Assembly (NCBI GenBank): GCA_964016885.1
Contig: OZ024742.1
Location: forward strand, 141,918,001 to 141,982,000
DNA length: 64,000 bases
Direction: 5' to 3'
Source of the DNA: Eledone cirrhosa
Lineage: Eukaryota
Positions 1 through 15,603 of this stretch are shown here, piece by piece; within the stretch, counting starts at the first letter, position 1; every line of letters begins with the position of its first letter. The notes under the pieces were generated by a model. The model worked only from the letters and a program-made list of their open reading frames with translations, had not been told where the DNA came from and searched no databases. The translations under genes and the position numbers were made by a program.

Positions 1-59
1 TTTCGTTTCTTAATTTGTTTAGCAAGATTCTTTATCTGAATACGTGTGTTGAAACCGAT

Positions 60-470
60 ATCGCTTTGGGAGGGTCATGTTGCCAATAAGAAACACACGC
101 ACCAGTTGCTTTCACTCCAATTTATTATAAATTAAATTTATAAATTTAGGAATTTATAAATTTCCGGTTGGTTAGTTGGTTCCACAACCAGACGATTGTT
201 CCTATATTGTCAAAGTTCTTTCGTCACACATTATGTGACCTCTTCAGGGACTGGGGATTCTTTTCTTTGATTTTGTGCCTCACCCTTGTTCTGTCCTACG
301 CCATCTTGTTTTTGTGTTTGTTGTGTGCTTAGTTTGCGCATGTGTTACATCCGGGTGTCTGTGTGTGTTTATATTTGTTTATTTATTTGTTTATTTACAT
401 GTTACTGGTTGGTTGTTTGTTCTATGTGTGTGTATGTTTTCATTGTGTGCTTAATTGTAAGTTGTGATGT
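60..470 (-). mobile_element. 3' end fragment of a Penelope-like element related to the 59966-61600 element
   Basis: Shares tgggagggtcat..ttgcca..aa.cacac and cctacgccatctt..ttgcgcatg blocks with 59966-60340; carries a hammerhead-like core on the minus strand. Confidence 0.6.
212..250 (-). ncRNA. Hammerhead ribozyme-like core
   Basis: Minus strand reads CTGAAGA ggtcaca-taa-tgtgtgac GAAA gaac; stem II is clear, stems I and III are not. Confidence 0.55.
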
Positions 471-1668
<1,198 letters not shown>

Positions 1669-1950
1669 AAACAAGCAAATTATAAATGTAAACATGTGAG
1701 TATGTTTTTGAAACGGTGCGCGAGTTTGAAAATTTAAAATTAGAAATTATAAGCTTTCACCGTATTTTAGACTAAAGAAATTTCTAGCCTGATAGTGGGG
1801 TTTATAACCCTCGGAGAAATGGAAAAAGATGAGTGTTGCCGTACATGGGAGTCGAACCCACATCTTTGTATGTACATATACATACTTATATTTAAGTAAC
1901 AGCCGTAATAAGAGTGAGAAATGAAATTTCGTTTCATTTTTTCCGTTTAT
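1669..1950 (-). mobile_element. Fragment of repeat family E with a tRNA-like B-box
   Basis: 1669-1845 matches 46597-46768; 1878-1950 matches 11480-11550; minus strand contains GGTTCGACTCCC at about 1847-1858. Confidence 0.7.
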
Positions 1951-1958
1951 ATACATAT

Positions 1959-2126
<168 letters not shown>

Positions 2127-2129
2127 GTG

Positions 2130-2234
<105 letters not shown>

Positions 2235-2235
2235 A

Positions 2236-2275
<40 letters not shown>

Positions 2276-2299
2276 GTAAATATATATATATATATATAT

Positions 2300-2621
2300 G
2301 TAAAGTTATATTTAAAATTGTTGGGTTACAACTAGTAAATATTTATAACTGATATAAAAGCACTCGACAAATATTTGGAGTATATTTACAATATTAAATA
2401 AATGGAAAACTATATTTATAAAACCATATTTATTTCATTATATATATTTCGGGGATATCATATTAACAATATGCTATGCCTTCATCAGACAAAATAAAAC
2501 TGTTTATATTGTATTTTGTCTGATGAAGGCATAGCATATTGTTAATATGATATCCCCGAAATATATATAATGAAATAAATATGGTTTTATAAATATAGTT
2601 TTCCATTTATTTAATATTGTA
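2300..2621. mobile_element. Miniature fold-back PLE terminus (family A): tail 2300-2386, arms 2387-2496 and 2512-2621
   Basis: 110 bp inverted arms with a 15 nt loop, flanked by (TA)n; closely similar to the termini of the 49169-55297 element. Confidence 0.9.
2506..2582 (+). ncRNA. Minimal type I hammerhead ribozyme (mirror copy on minus strand at 2426-2496)
   Basis: atattgtattttgt CTGATGA [stem II aggcatagcatatt-gtt-aatatgatatcccc] GAAA t-atat-a TA / atgaaataaatat; stem I pairs with G:U wobbles. Confidence 0.8.
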
Positions 2622-2693
2622 TTATATATATATATATATATATATCTATACATATATATATATATATATATATATTTACATATATATATATCT

Positions 2694-2886
<193 letters not shown>

Positions 2887-3099
2887 GTTAGAATATGTTT
2901 CAGATGTAGTATTTAAAAAGTTCAAATACTAATTAATAACCAGTCAATACTGATACTGATTGGTAGGGTGTGGAAATATATTTTCTAAAAAAAAGCCATG
3001 TATGCACATCTCCCATACACTAAAATTACTTATACGCACCCGCCCATACACGCACTAACACCGCCATATACAAATTTAGTATAATCAACCATAAACCCT

Positions 3100-3520
3100 T
3101 ACTTATGGTCATGAATTTTGGGCAATGACCGAAAGAGTACGATTGCGAATACAAGCGGCCGTAATGGGTTTCCTCCGAAGCGTCCTTGGAGTAACGTTAC
3201 TCGATAGAGTACGTAGCCTGGAGATCAGAGAGACCCTACTTCTCCGAATTGAGAGATCACAGCTCCGATACTATGGGCATGTGGTGCGAATGTCTCAAGA
3301 AAGAATCGTTGGACAGAATTTATGGGCAAAACCAACCGGCAGGAGACCCAGGAGCAGACCACGAGTCACATTGTTGGATAACATCTACGATCCTAGGTGG
3401 TTTCGCTTGGTGATCCAGCCAGATCAGTTGGAGACAGTTGCTTCTGAGAGGACCTCCTGGAAGGAGTGTTTGTGGACTCTGCCCCCACGACCTTCTGAGG
3501 AGTAAGTGGGCGAAGAAGAA
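3100..3520 (+). mobile_element. RTE-clade LINE 3' fragment (RT C-terminus)
   Basis: ORF 3125-3505 has RIQAAxMGFLR..GVTLLDRVRS..IERSQLRYYGHVVRM..RRPRSRPR, typical of the RTE RT C-terminus. Confidence 0.85.
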
Positions 3521-3696
3521 GAAATCAACCCTATCAACACAAACGCACAAGTAACCATACGGCACCCAATCAAAAAAAGATTCTCTCACTCTCCTACATC
3601 TACTCAGACTTAAATGTTGCTATATAAGACCTTTACATACACACACACACACATACACACACACACATACACATATACATAAACACATACACACAT

Positions 3697-3745
<49 letters not shown>

Positions 3746-3976
3746 TAAAAAGGAAAAGGCAATGCTGACAGATTTTTCCCAGTGAAAAATAGTTTAATTA
3801 GGAATAAGTATAAATTAGTAATAAGTATTGGTTAGTATTCAGTTTTAGTGTTAAGTTTTTATCGGTTGCGCATTTCTAATGCTTTTCAAAAATAATTTTG
3901 AGATAGAGCGCTCGTGATGTTTGCTCTAATCTGATTATAATATATCACAACTCGTGTGTCACACCACTATTTTTTT

Positions 3977-4058
<82 letters not shown>

Positions 4059-4062
<4 letters not shown>

Positions 4063-4221
4063 GAAAGAAATGTGGTAAGGAACCAGGTGGACCATAACGC
4101 ACCAAAGTACTCAATACTTAGGGTAGTAGAGTGGGTAATAGGAACGAGTAGGACCCCGACGGCTGAGCTCAAGCCGTTTCGAAACGGCGCTTGAGCTCAG
4201 CCGTCGGGGTCCTACTCGTTC
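4059..4221. mobile_element. Fold-back element, family C: tail 4059-4141, hairpin 4142-4221
   Basis: gaacgagtaggaccccgacggctgagctcaagccgtttc|gaaacggc.. palindrome centred 4180/4181 within (TA)n; further copies at 43345, 58984, 19731, 24630 and 61614. Confidence 0.85.
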
Positions 4222-5828
4222 ATATATATATATATTCGAAATAGACGCCATTGTGCGCATGAGGTTTATTATGGGCCCCGCAAGAGTAACCGCCAATCTT
4301 GCAAGGAAAATGAAGTTAAAACGCTTGTTAAAATGTTCAGCTAACTTTGGAAAAATGTCATGAGATTTGTTCATGTATATTTCATTTATATTTGCTTCAG
4401 CGCGCGTTATTAATATTGTATAACTAAAATTAAATACTTTAAGAAGCTTTCTATAAGAGTTAATCATAAAGTTTTAGTCATCCATCAAAACACTAAAAAG
4501 TTAATAATAAATGTTATAAGCTGTTATAATCGTGATATTAAATGGTGTTGTTTCTGTACAGATAGGTGTTTAATTATAAATGAATCTGAAATGTATGTGA
4601 AAAGCTATATTGTAACTAGAAAAATTAAAGCCGAATACTTTAAATTGAGATATCAGCAACTTCATAGTTTTTATAAACTTTTATCTATACGACCAGAAAC
4701 GTTGACGCAATTAACGTTTCTATTAAATAATTGCAAGTTTATGGTTGCAGAAATCATGTGCAAGAAATGAATTCTAGAAATCCGTCGTTCGATGGTCGGG
4801 GTGTGTAGGTTAGCCTAGGACATGGCGTTGGGTAGACACAATGAGGGTGTTGAACTGGACAGAGACAAGGGAGTCGTGTCAGAAGTGCCTGAATGGAGGT
4901 GGTGGCACGAGATATCTACTAGATAAGGGCTGATTTGAGGCTAGAAGGTAACATTTCGTCTAGTAGAAAACTGAAAACTTTATTCTGTCTAATTGTACTG
5001 TAATGTTTCACGTAATCTACACACATGAAATCCCTCTTAGTTTTACTAATGTATGAAATCAACACGGCTAGTTTGTTTGCCGTAATGGTTTGTGCGAAAG
5101 AGAAATTCCAAAGCCTCATTCCAGGGCCTCCAAGACTGATGAGAGGGAGGGAGGAACATCCTTTGACAGGAGACCTTGTCCAAATGCTTGCAACATAATG
5201 AACTCCGCTAAAAGCACTAAAGGACCGGGAAGGTGTGGTATTTAAATGAATGAAGAGTTTTAGCGTGAAACACCAAATTTTTCCACGCCTTTTAGCTACA
5301 GGGGTTATCAAAACTCAATAAACGCTCCTATATTTACTATTGTAAAGGCGTGTGCCTTAATGGTTATCTCAGAAATCGTAATGTCGTGGATTTTATTCTT
5401 GAACAATACATTCCATTTCACGTTGCTCCAGTCAACTCAGCTAAAAATTAGTATTAACAACTGCTGCAGTCCTAATGCTCATAAAATCGGATTAATTTCC
5501 GGCTAAATGAGCCTAGAAGGTGCGAGACAGACTCTAACATTTACTATTACCATTCATACCAACGTAGACACTGAGGTCTTTCGTCAGATTCCAGATTTTA
5601 CTCTTACAAAACAAATAAGGCTGAAGATATCTTATGGAGTCGACACTATGTTAATGTCTAATAAATAAAAGTAACTTATAAACCATGAGGCAAGAAGTTT
5701 AATATTTGTGTTTATTCAAGTATTGTTTCAAATGATTTGAAGCTAGAAAATTATAGTATGAGACATCAGAGTACCTGAAACCAGTAACTTTAGAAACCGT
5801 AACTGTTAAGCCTCCATTATTTGTTTCC

Positions 5829-6048
5829 TGAGTTCAAATCCCGCCGAGGTTAACTTTGCCTTTCATCCTTACGGGGTCGATAAAATAAAGTACCAGTAAT
5901 GCACTGGGTAATTGCTGGCCTTGTGCCAAAAGTAGAAACAATTATTTGTTTTCTGGTACTTTATTTTATCATCCTTACGGGGTCGATAAAATAAAATACC
6001 AGTAATGCACTGGGTAATTGCTGGCCTTGTGCCTAACGTAGAAACAAT
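5829..6048 (+). mobile_element. Two tandem partial copies of a tRNA-derived SINE
   Basis: gagttcaaatccc B-box followed by ttgcctttcatccttacggggtcgataaaataaagtacc core; 3' part repeated at 5971-6048. Confidence 0.85.
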
Positions 6049-8672
6049 AATTTCTTTCCTGATGTTCTTAATGCGGATAACACGAAGTTGAATATGTAAC
6101 TATATATTCATAAATAAAATCTCGAATAAAAAGATATCACAGAAATAATCTTCTGCGGGGCGTAAGATAAAAGTCTCAAATAAAATTTTAGAAGATTAAT
6201 ACTCAGCTAGCTTTGTAATCCTAAATATAAGGCTACGTGTAAAGTTTGCTACATCTGCGGATTGTCATTTTGAATAAACTATGATATATGAACATTTCGC
6301 TATTTGAATAGTTTGTATAGTCTATAGTTAACAAAATAGAAGTTGATATTTCCTTTCAGTTATCTAATGAAAGAATGATAAATAATCTGCTTCCGAGTTC
6401 GATCCCACAGCATGGTTTCTTGGACAAGTGTAATTTACAATCGCCTCGGGTAGGGCTAACTCTAGCCTTGTAAGTGAAATAGGGAATACGGAAACTGTTT
6501 GGAAGTTCTTCAGATATACTGTCCCTGTAATGCAAAGGGCCAGTCTCGTCACAAACTGATAACGCTGAATCTCCCTGATACCATCGTTAAGAGTATACTT
6601 GTCTGTGCAATGCACAGCCACTTGCACACTAATTTGTCGTTGCTCAAACAACTGGAACATTCATCGATGAAACCAATGGAGGTCCATTCTATTCCTGGGT
6701 ATACTTCTGACTAACGTAGTTCCACTACAAAGAGTAATGGGAAATTCCATTATTGTTATAAGCTAAAACGGTGAAATTATTAGAGCATCAGACAAAATAC
6801 TTTGCAATATTTGTTCTCGCTTTTTATGTCTCGAGTTAAAACCCCACTGAGATCAACTTTGCCTTTCATCCTTCTCAGATCGATGAAATAAAGTACCAAT
6901 CAAGTACTCGAATTTCTGACATTGCGTCTATGCTAGAGATTATTATGATTGATATAAACTGACCGAATTCATCTGTAGATGTTTGATTTGTTTATTTAGG
7001 CCGAGTATTAAAAAGGTTTCTGGCTGCTAAACAATAGATACAGAGTTCATATCCAACCACCGACCTTGTATCAAGTTCTGGGACAAGATGTTTGTGTTGA
7101 CGATAAAAGTTTCAATTGTTTGATCAACAGAACGGCCTATTCATTAAATTAACACGCAAGTAGCTGAGAATTCTACCGATATTCTTTAGATAATTCGCAA
7201 GGAGAATCAGCATGTCAGTTGACCGGCCCTTTGAATTACAGGTGCTGCATATCAGTTTCCGTCAACCCAATTTAAAAAAGAAATAATAAATTGTATAAAA
7301 AATATATACTATGAGTAGAAACCCTATCATTGAAGCAGCTGGAAGACGATTTATTACAGTTTAAATATCTGATGATACTGGAGTATGATATACGAAACCG
7401 CTCAACTGCCTTGTCTATAAGAGATATTAATTCTTTTCCTATCACTACAATTTCCCAATAGCACTTGCAATAGTATTTATCATATAGCTAATAACAAAAA
7501 TAATAGCAGACTGGTGTAATCAATTTCTAGTGATGCAACGAAATAAATAAAGTAGAACTTCTATTACAAGTTGTTACTTGAGAATTGCTAGCATATCTAA
7601 ACTTAGAATGGAATTAAATACTTACGTCATTATCATAGAAAGTAAATACATAAAGATATGCAATCAAAACAAACACGTAAATGAATTGTTAAAAATAAGA
7701 AGTCAAATTATTCATCAAAATTAGAATTTTCTTTCGCAATGCTTATTCTTCAATAGCTGAGGACATTCGTTGTGAGTATTAAATTATTCAGTCGAGCTTT
7801 GGGCATTATTCTGCAAAGTGTGTTGTCAAGTGGAATGCTAAGCAAGTACCAAAAATAAGGTAAAAGTTTGAATATGATGAAATCAAAGTAACGTGGTTAA
7901 TATGTTTGAAGGTGAGCAATATTTCATTAATATTTTACAACCGGGAAACATGGATATTCCACGTTTTGCAAATGTTCGTATTTTTCCTTTTATATATAAC
8001 TATAGATATTAATAACATTGCCTCATTATGTTAAAGATGCTGATTATGTCTTAAGGATTTTTAAAGTATAGCAGTAACTAACAACTGAATTGTGTCCTCA
8101 ATTATATTCTACGGTTGGGCTTGCTGCAAGTATGACAGTTCATTACGTTAAAAATTTAGATTGTGTCTTCGATTTCGTTCCATATTTAAGGTTGTTTAAA
8201 GTATAACAATTAAACTGGTTTCTTTCTGTTAAAGGTTTCATTCCATAGTTAAATTTGCTGAAAGTATACTATTCGGACTGGTTCTGTTATGTTAAACATT
8301 TATATTGTTGCATACATGAGGTTGATAAGAGTGTAAGGCACGTGGCTTGCCGAATAATTTTATAGGTAGGAAAGTTAAGTCGTAGTTTGTAATTTAGGCA
8401 CAAAGTCAGTCATTTGAGGGGAGGGGAAAGTCGATCAAACCAATCCCAGCAATGAACTAGGTGCTAGTTCATTGCTGGGATTCATTGCTGGGATTGGATT
8501 GTATGTTACCTAGCCTGGGAAAAGGAAAAGTAAAATGTTTCGAGCATTAGTAGTTTTATTCAATACAATAGATGTATTTCGTGAAAGGAAGCCAAACACC
8601 TCGACTTTCTTAAGGAATAATGTTTCCTAACTCTTGTAATAAATCAATATTTAAACGTGTTCGATGGTTTGA

Positions 8673-8805
<133 letters not shown>

Positions 8806-9467
8806 TGTGTGTGTGTGTGTGTGTGTATCTGGTAAGATATGTGTATGTATATATACATGTATGCATGTATGTACATATATATATATGAATGTCTCTGTGT
8901 GTGTGTGTGCGTGTGTGCGTGTGCGTGTGTGTGCTTGCGTGTTTGTATGTATTTATAATCTTGCGTTTTTGTTGTACAAAGCCAAGTCATATTTTCATAA
9001 GCTGTAAAAGAGCGGAAGGCGAAAAACTATAGAGACATTTCCTTGAACCAAACATTAATAACTAAATAATAAACAGTAACAACTAGTTTAGGTACATGGT
9101 TTGAAGTATTTATTTATTAACTTTCTGTGGGTTATGTGTGGGGGAAACAAAAACTGTATTTGACAAACAAATTGGTAATATGAAAGAAGGATAGAGTTAC
9201 TTCAAATGGTGTGTCTCCAGCAGGGTGGAGGGGGAAATTTATTTGTGAAATAATCAATACTCACAAGTAAGTGTAATGAAAAGACAAAACAAGAGTTGAA
9301 AGAAAAAAGACCTTAAACATCTAGAAAATGAATGAGAAAGTCAAAGAAGGAAAAGAAAAGCCGTAAACGAATAAATGTATAAAAGAAAAAGAAAACAGAG
9401 AAAACTAGAAAAACTCAATAGTGGACAATAGACAAATATCTAATAATTTTTATCTCACCCACCGTTC

Positions 9468-9541
<74 letters not shown>

Positions 9542-9549
<8 letters not shown>

Positions 9550-9865
9550 AAAAAGAGATGAAATCGAAAATGCAACTGGAGTCTTATTTTTTTTTTAAAT
9601 ATATATATTTATTTGGTTCCTTTACCGGTTTCGCAGTTCTTCTGCTTTTCAAAAGGTGAGTTGAGATGGAGAGTCTGTGGTTTTTCTCACATCTGTGAAA
9701 ATCAGAAGAACTGCGAAACCGGTAAAGGAACCAAATAAATATATATATTTTTTTTAAAAATAAGACTCCAGTTGCATTTTCGATTTCATCTCTTTTTCTT
9801 TATACTTTCACTCGTGTAGGACACCTCGGTTATTTTTCATTTTGTAAAAAAAACCTCACTTTCTA

Positions 9866-9867
<2 letters not shown>
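9542..9867. mobile_element. Fold-back element, family D: arms about 9542-9650 and 9697-9804, tail 9805-9867
   Basis: About 105 bp inverted arms between TA tracts; diverged copy at 62170-62368. Confidence 0.85.
9619..9656 (-). ncRNA. Minimal hammerhead with U3-A8 core variant
   Basis: Minus strand reads cctt TTGAAAA gcag-aagaa-ctgc GAAA ccgg TA aagg. Confidence 0.65.
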
Positions 9868-9964
<97 letters not shown>

Positions 9965-10264
9965 AATATATATATATATATATATATACATAAATATATA
10001 TATATACATATATATATATATACATATATATATATACATAAATATATATATATACATAAATATATATATATATATACATAAATATATATATATACATAAA
10101 TATATATATATATATATATACATACATAAATATATGTGATATATATGATATATAATATCTTACTTGTTAAGATTCGTATAACTAATCAACTTGGTATTCT
10201 ATACTTAAATAAAGTAGAGTGTAAATATTATAGGATAGTATATACGACGGTCAAGTTTAAACTG

Positions 10265-10385
<121 letters not shown>

Positions 10386-10620
10386 GTAAAGAAAGAGAAG
10401 AGAGACGGTTTCACATATTTAACTTCAGTTTATTCCATCGCACCTGTTATATACATTTCCAAGCCATTAATATGTCATTAGATAACAGTTATCCAAAGCG
10501 TTGTCGTCAGCTAGCTATTCTAATATACAGTTTAACAAAGCTTGGATTTTATTTCTGACTTTTGATTACGCAATATTTAGTCGATTGCTTCAATCAACCA
10601 ACACTAATTATTGAAACAAA

Positions 10621-10671
<51 letters not shown>

Positions 10672-10672
<1 letters not shown>

Positions 10673-11676
10673 TATATATATACGTACATACATGTATGTA
10701 TACAGACGTACAGTAGTATGTATATATATATACATACATGCACACATATATATATGTACGTATGGATTCACCGAACATTTATTATAATGTTCGGTGTGTT
10801 TGTAAACAAACATCCCGAATTAAGCCGTACAGTGTCTAGCAACCATCGTTGCTCATTTGTTCAACACTGACAAATGAACGCTGTACTAGTTTCAAGATTA
10901 TTAGCTATCGTCAGCAACGTATACCTTCCTGCCAGATGATTGAACGTCTGAAAGTATATACTTTCCTTATGCATATTAACGGCTGAGCAGCCTAATTTGC
11001 ATATCGAGTGAGTTAATCGGCCGGGCGCACCGAAAACTATAAACGGAAAAAATGAAACGAAATTTCATTTCTCACTCTTAATATAAGTATGTATACGTAC
11101 ATACATATACGTATACAGACGTACAGTAGTATGTATATATATATACATACATGCACACATATATATATATATGTACGTATGGATTCACCGAACATTTATT
11201 ATAATGCTCGGTGTGTTTGTAAACAAACATCCCGAATTAAGCCGTAGTGTCCAGCAACCATCGTTGCTCGTTTGTTCAACACTGACATATATATATATAT
11301 ATGTGCTTGTATGTATATATATATTCATACGGGATGTTTTTTTTACAAACACACCGAGCATTATAATAAATGTTCGGTGAATCCATACGTACATATATAT
11401 ATGTGTGCATGTATGTATATATATATATATATATATATACATACTACTGTACGTCTGTATACATATATCTATGTACGTATACATACTTATATTTAAATAA
11501 CAGCCGTACTAAGAGTGAGAAATGAAATTTCGTTTCATTTTTTCCGTTTATCGTTTTCGGTGCGCCCGGCCGATTAACTCACTCGATATGCAAATTAGGC
11601 TGCTCAGCCGTTAATATGCATAAGGAAAGTATATACTTTCAGACGTTCAATCATCTGGCAGGAAGGTATACGTTGC
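10672..11676. repeat. Compound direct plus inverted duplication (family E related)
   Basis: 10672-10870 is directly repeated at 11083-11286; 10914-11233 is inverted at 11330-11676. Confidence 0.85.
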
Positions 11677-12040
11677 AAGGCGATGATAAATCTATATATA
11701 TACAGAGAGAGAGAGAGAGAGAGAGGGGGAGAGAGAGAGAGAGAGATTCTTTCAGAATACCCACCGTTTCCCAGGTCGAAAAGTAATCATAAACTAACAA
11801 GAGAGTATATCTGTACCACAGATATGCTTTTAATATGAAATACATTTAATAATTTAGATGAGGGAATGTTATATGTAGGTTAATTTTTGCATATTAAATA
11901 ATATGTGATTAAGTGGAAATGAAAATAATATAAACAGATTTAAAATTATTATTGAACAAAATATTTTACTTTTTACTTATAATTCTTTTTACACACACAC
12001 ACAAACAAACACACACACAGACACTTACACACACATACAA

Positions 12041-12113
<73 letters not shown>

Positions 12114-12184
12114 AGTTTCAGAAGATCCCGTTAAGGGTGAAAGCAGCGATTCTTTGCTTAAACTTTAATCTGTTATTTTAATAA

Positions 12185-12250
<66 letters not shown>

Positions 12251-12390
12251 CACATATACACATGCACTTCGCACTTAGTGTTGTTGCTATGATAATTTGG
12301 CTGCTTTTTTTTTTATTTCACCCTGAAGTTGAATTTCGTTTGATTTTTTAATGAACAGATACATATTTGTCACAAAAAAATTCTTTTATA

Positions 12391-12589
12391 TCTATATATA
12401 TATAAACGAAAATGTATGTCTGTATGCAGGCGATGCATTTCTACAGTTTCCATCCGATTTTGTTACATAGCTCCCGGAGCATGTCACCGTATAAAACAGC
12501 AGAGTTCTGCAGCTGTTTATTGGTGAGAGAGGGGATATTTATTTATCGTCGCGAAAGGTGTGCCCGGCAACGACGGGCTCTTTTGTTAG
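12391..12589 (+). mobile_element. Short non-autonomous Helitron-like element
   Basis: 5' a|TCTATATATA; 3' hairpin gcccggcaacgacgggc followed by gTTAG|t (degenerate CTAG); end design matches 29479-30425. Confidence 0.6.
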
Positions 12590-12915
12590 TTTAATATATA
12601 TACAGACAAACCATTCACATATACAATGTTAATAGAACCAGACACACTTAGACATCATCATAAGGAATGTAGTGACCATTCTACCCGTATATACGCCGAT
12701 ATACACAAAAAATTAAAAACAATACACAGACACTCACATATTTCCCTTTTTCTATTTTTTATTTTCTAATCTCTGAAATATTGTACTTTCCTGATGAATA
12801 ACTGACGTCCGATACGTCGAATGTTTTACTCTCTTTCATCCAAAGCGTGAAACTAATAAGAATAATTGTTTTTATATTGCTGTGTTTCTCATTTTCTAAA
12901 TTATATATACATACA

Positions 12916-12991
<76 letters not shown>

Positions 12992-13355
12992 CTATTTGTG
13001 GACTTAAAACAACAGAGTAATGAACACCCAGAGAAGGAAAGAAGTGGACAGTGTTGCCTCTCTGTCGATTTGTTCCGTTCCCATGAGAACATTACTTGAT
13101 TTTCTCAACTTTGATAGTGGACAACTATTATATATATATATATATATATATATGTCCCAAGGCTCGGATACCATCAACACTATAAACACAGAGCTGGCAT
13201 ATCTAAGAACTGACTAACTGCCTGATGATGTCATAGCCATTCAATGGTTATCATCGAAATATATATAGCTGTAAATAAAGGATTATGAGTTCATGCAATT
13301 GACCTATGTTTCGTCACTATATATATATATATATATAGTTACACCTCTATTCTTT

Positions 13356-13410
<55 letters not shown>

Positions 13411-13447
13411 AATACAAATATTAATAAAATAGATGTTCTTTTGATCA

Positions 13448-13510
13448 ATTACATTTTATTATACATATTTCGGATGTACAACTGTACGTCCTCATCAGAC
13501 AAAATATAAT
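13448..13510 (-). ncRNA. Minimal type I hammerhead ribozyme
   Basis: attatattttgt CTGATGA ggacgtac-agtt-gtacatcc GAAA t-atgt-a TA / ataaaatgtaat; all three stems form. Confidence 0.9.
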
Positions 13511-14880
13511 GATACATGACATACCCTGAGATGTTAAATGGTTAAGATTTAATCAAGGTAGTGATTAACCCAAGAAAAATTTAACATTTATACCCTAATA
13601 ATGAGAAAATGCGAAAACGTAATAAATTCAACAGAGAAAGTGCGAGTAAGAAAAACGTTGCTTAATGTAACAGTTATATAGATATTAAGATGTATGATAC
13701 TATAATTTTTTAATAAAGGGGGGTAATAAGCTGAAGGAGATTTATTTTTGCCGAAAGTTAAACGGTTAATTTTGAAAATATTTAATTTATGGTATTATAG
13801 GGTGAAGGTTCGAGATTTTGATTTATTTGTTTTTAATTCCTGGTTATTTATATATTAGTTTTATAAATTCTATAAGTGTGTTAACATTTCAAAGCGTCTG
13901 AATTTCATGTGGGTAACATTTATAGGAATTAGTTGGCCAACAGGAGTGAAAGTTTATACTGTTGATTATTTTCCTAAATGTAAACTTTAACGGAGATACT
14001 GAGCGTATTAGGTATGTAAAGCTTGTGAATTACTTATTGTTAGAAATATTTAAATAACGATTATGTATATATATATATATTAATGAGCCAGTATATTTTA
14101 GGTAGATGATAACAAAATAATAGATTGATGCATGTTAAGGTTAAATATACACCTATATATAAGAGGGTGTAAATGCATTAATTATTCTTAGTTCAGAGTA
14201 AACGAAATCAAGAAATTTAGAAGTTAACTAAAGATTTAGAAGTTAACTAAAAATTATATACAGTAATATATAGGGAGGTATATATAGATATATATTAGGT
14301 ATTAATGGTATAGTATACTTTAGGTAGATGATATCGGTTACAATTTTATATAATAAAGTTCTACGTGTTACAGTTATATACATATATGTATATAAGAGAA
14401 AGAATAATAAATGCATGGATAATTCAGATTTCAAGATAATGTCTATAATAATTTATAGTTTGGGTATTTGCTCTATATTTGAATCATGGATATATAAATG
14501 CAGTAGGTATATTTAAAAAAAAAAAAATATAGAAAATATAATTACATACATATTATGATATATTATAAATAGGAGATCAAAAACCGCGTTAAAAAATTCA
14601 CAGTTATAAATAAGATCCGTAAAAATATATGGGTTGGATATTAAACTAAAATTTAAAACTTAGAACGGAAGATAGATAGAGAGATAAAGAAATAAAGAAA
14701 AATAATGGTATTGATCAAAGTTAGTAAAATAATGTTATGTGTGTAAATGTTCAGCATGTTATTGAACAAGTGTCTTTCATTTGAACGTTATTTATTCTAT
14801 AGATAGTTATAAGATAATGCAATATTAAAAGCCATTAATGTTTTTTCCCTGTTCATTATATATGTTTGACAACCAAGTTT

Positions 14881-15444
14881 TTAATGGTTTAATGCTAGAC
14901 TCTCTTTTTTTCTCGTTTTGTGGGAAGCTAAGAATGTGGATGTCGTTTTATGGAGGCAACTAGAGAATAATTCACTTTTTTTGTTATTTAGGGTCTCATA
15001 GTTATTAATAATCAACAGGGTCTCCATTGTACAGAGCGCGCAGTTATTTGATATACTAGAGTTGCGGTAAATTCCACAGTTACGAAGTTTTGTCCAAAGA
15101 ATGGAGTATTTTAAATTTTTCTCTTTTAATGACCATATGAGCTGCTGTGATAAAGACGTGGATGATTTCCTCTTAGAGTTCGAGAATGAGCATTTATGGT
15201 TCGCAAATCGGGCTTTGAATATGGAAGAAGTTGATCCTATGTAGTTGTATATGTTGTGATCAGTTTTTACGGTGCATTTATAAACCAAATTACTATCTAG
15301 ACAATTATTTTGCAAAGGGCAATCAGTTTTATTTCTACAATTACATTTTGGTTTAGTATCATTTATGTTAACTCTATTATTAAGATCAATATGTTGGTTT
15401 TGTTTTAGGATTTTATTGTTTAATTTGGCAATGTTTTGGGCCAT
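14881..15444 (-). CDS. PLE GIY-YIG endonuclease domain (truncated ORF)
   Basis: CNCRNKTDCPLQNNC..NLVY..YIGST..FKARFANH..CALC; homologous to 53206-53856. Confidence 0.9.
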   Translation of the reverse strand: MAQNIAKLNNKILKQNQHIDLNNRVNINDTKPKCNCRNKTDCPLQNNCLDSNLVYKCTVKTDHNIYNYIGSTSSIFKARFANHKCSFSNSKRKSSTSLSQQLIWSLKEKNLKYSILWTKLRNCGIYRNSSISNNCALCTMETLLIINNYETLNNKKSELFSSCLHKTTSTFLASHKTRKKESLALNH

Positions 15445-15603
15445 GTTACTGGTTGTAGAATAGGAGAATTTAAAAGAACATCTATTTTATTAATATTTGC
15501 TTTTTAATATTAATAACTCTGGAAAATTATTACTCGTAGAGTGCTTCCAATCTACTGTAAAACTCATTCTTTGACATACTCATTGAATCTTGTTTAACTA
15601 TTT

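Noticed and set aside
8451-8497. Small hairpin with duplication inside a SINE fragment
   Set aside because: Local template-switch mutation with no tail and no TA flanks
12116-12150. cagaaga-tccc-gttaa-gggt-gaaa hammerhead-like motif (also on the minus strand near 24880-24907)
   Set aside because: U4 is substituted in both copies and there is no clear stem I; left uncalled
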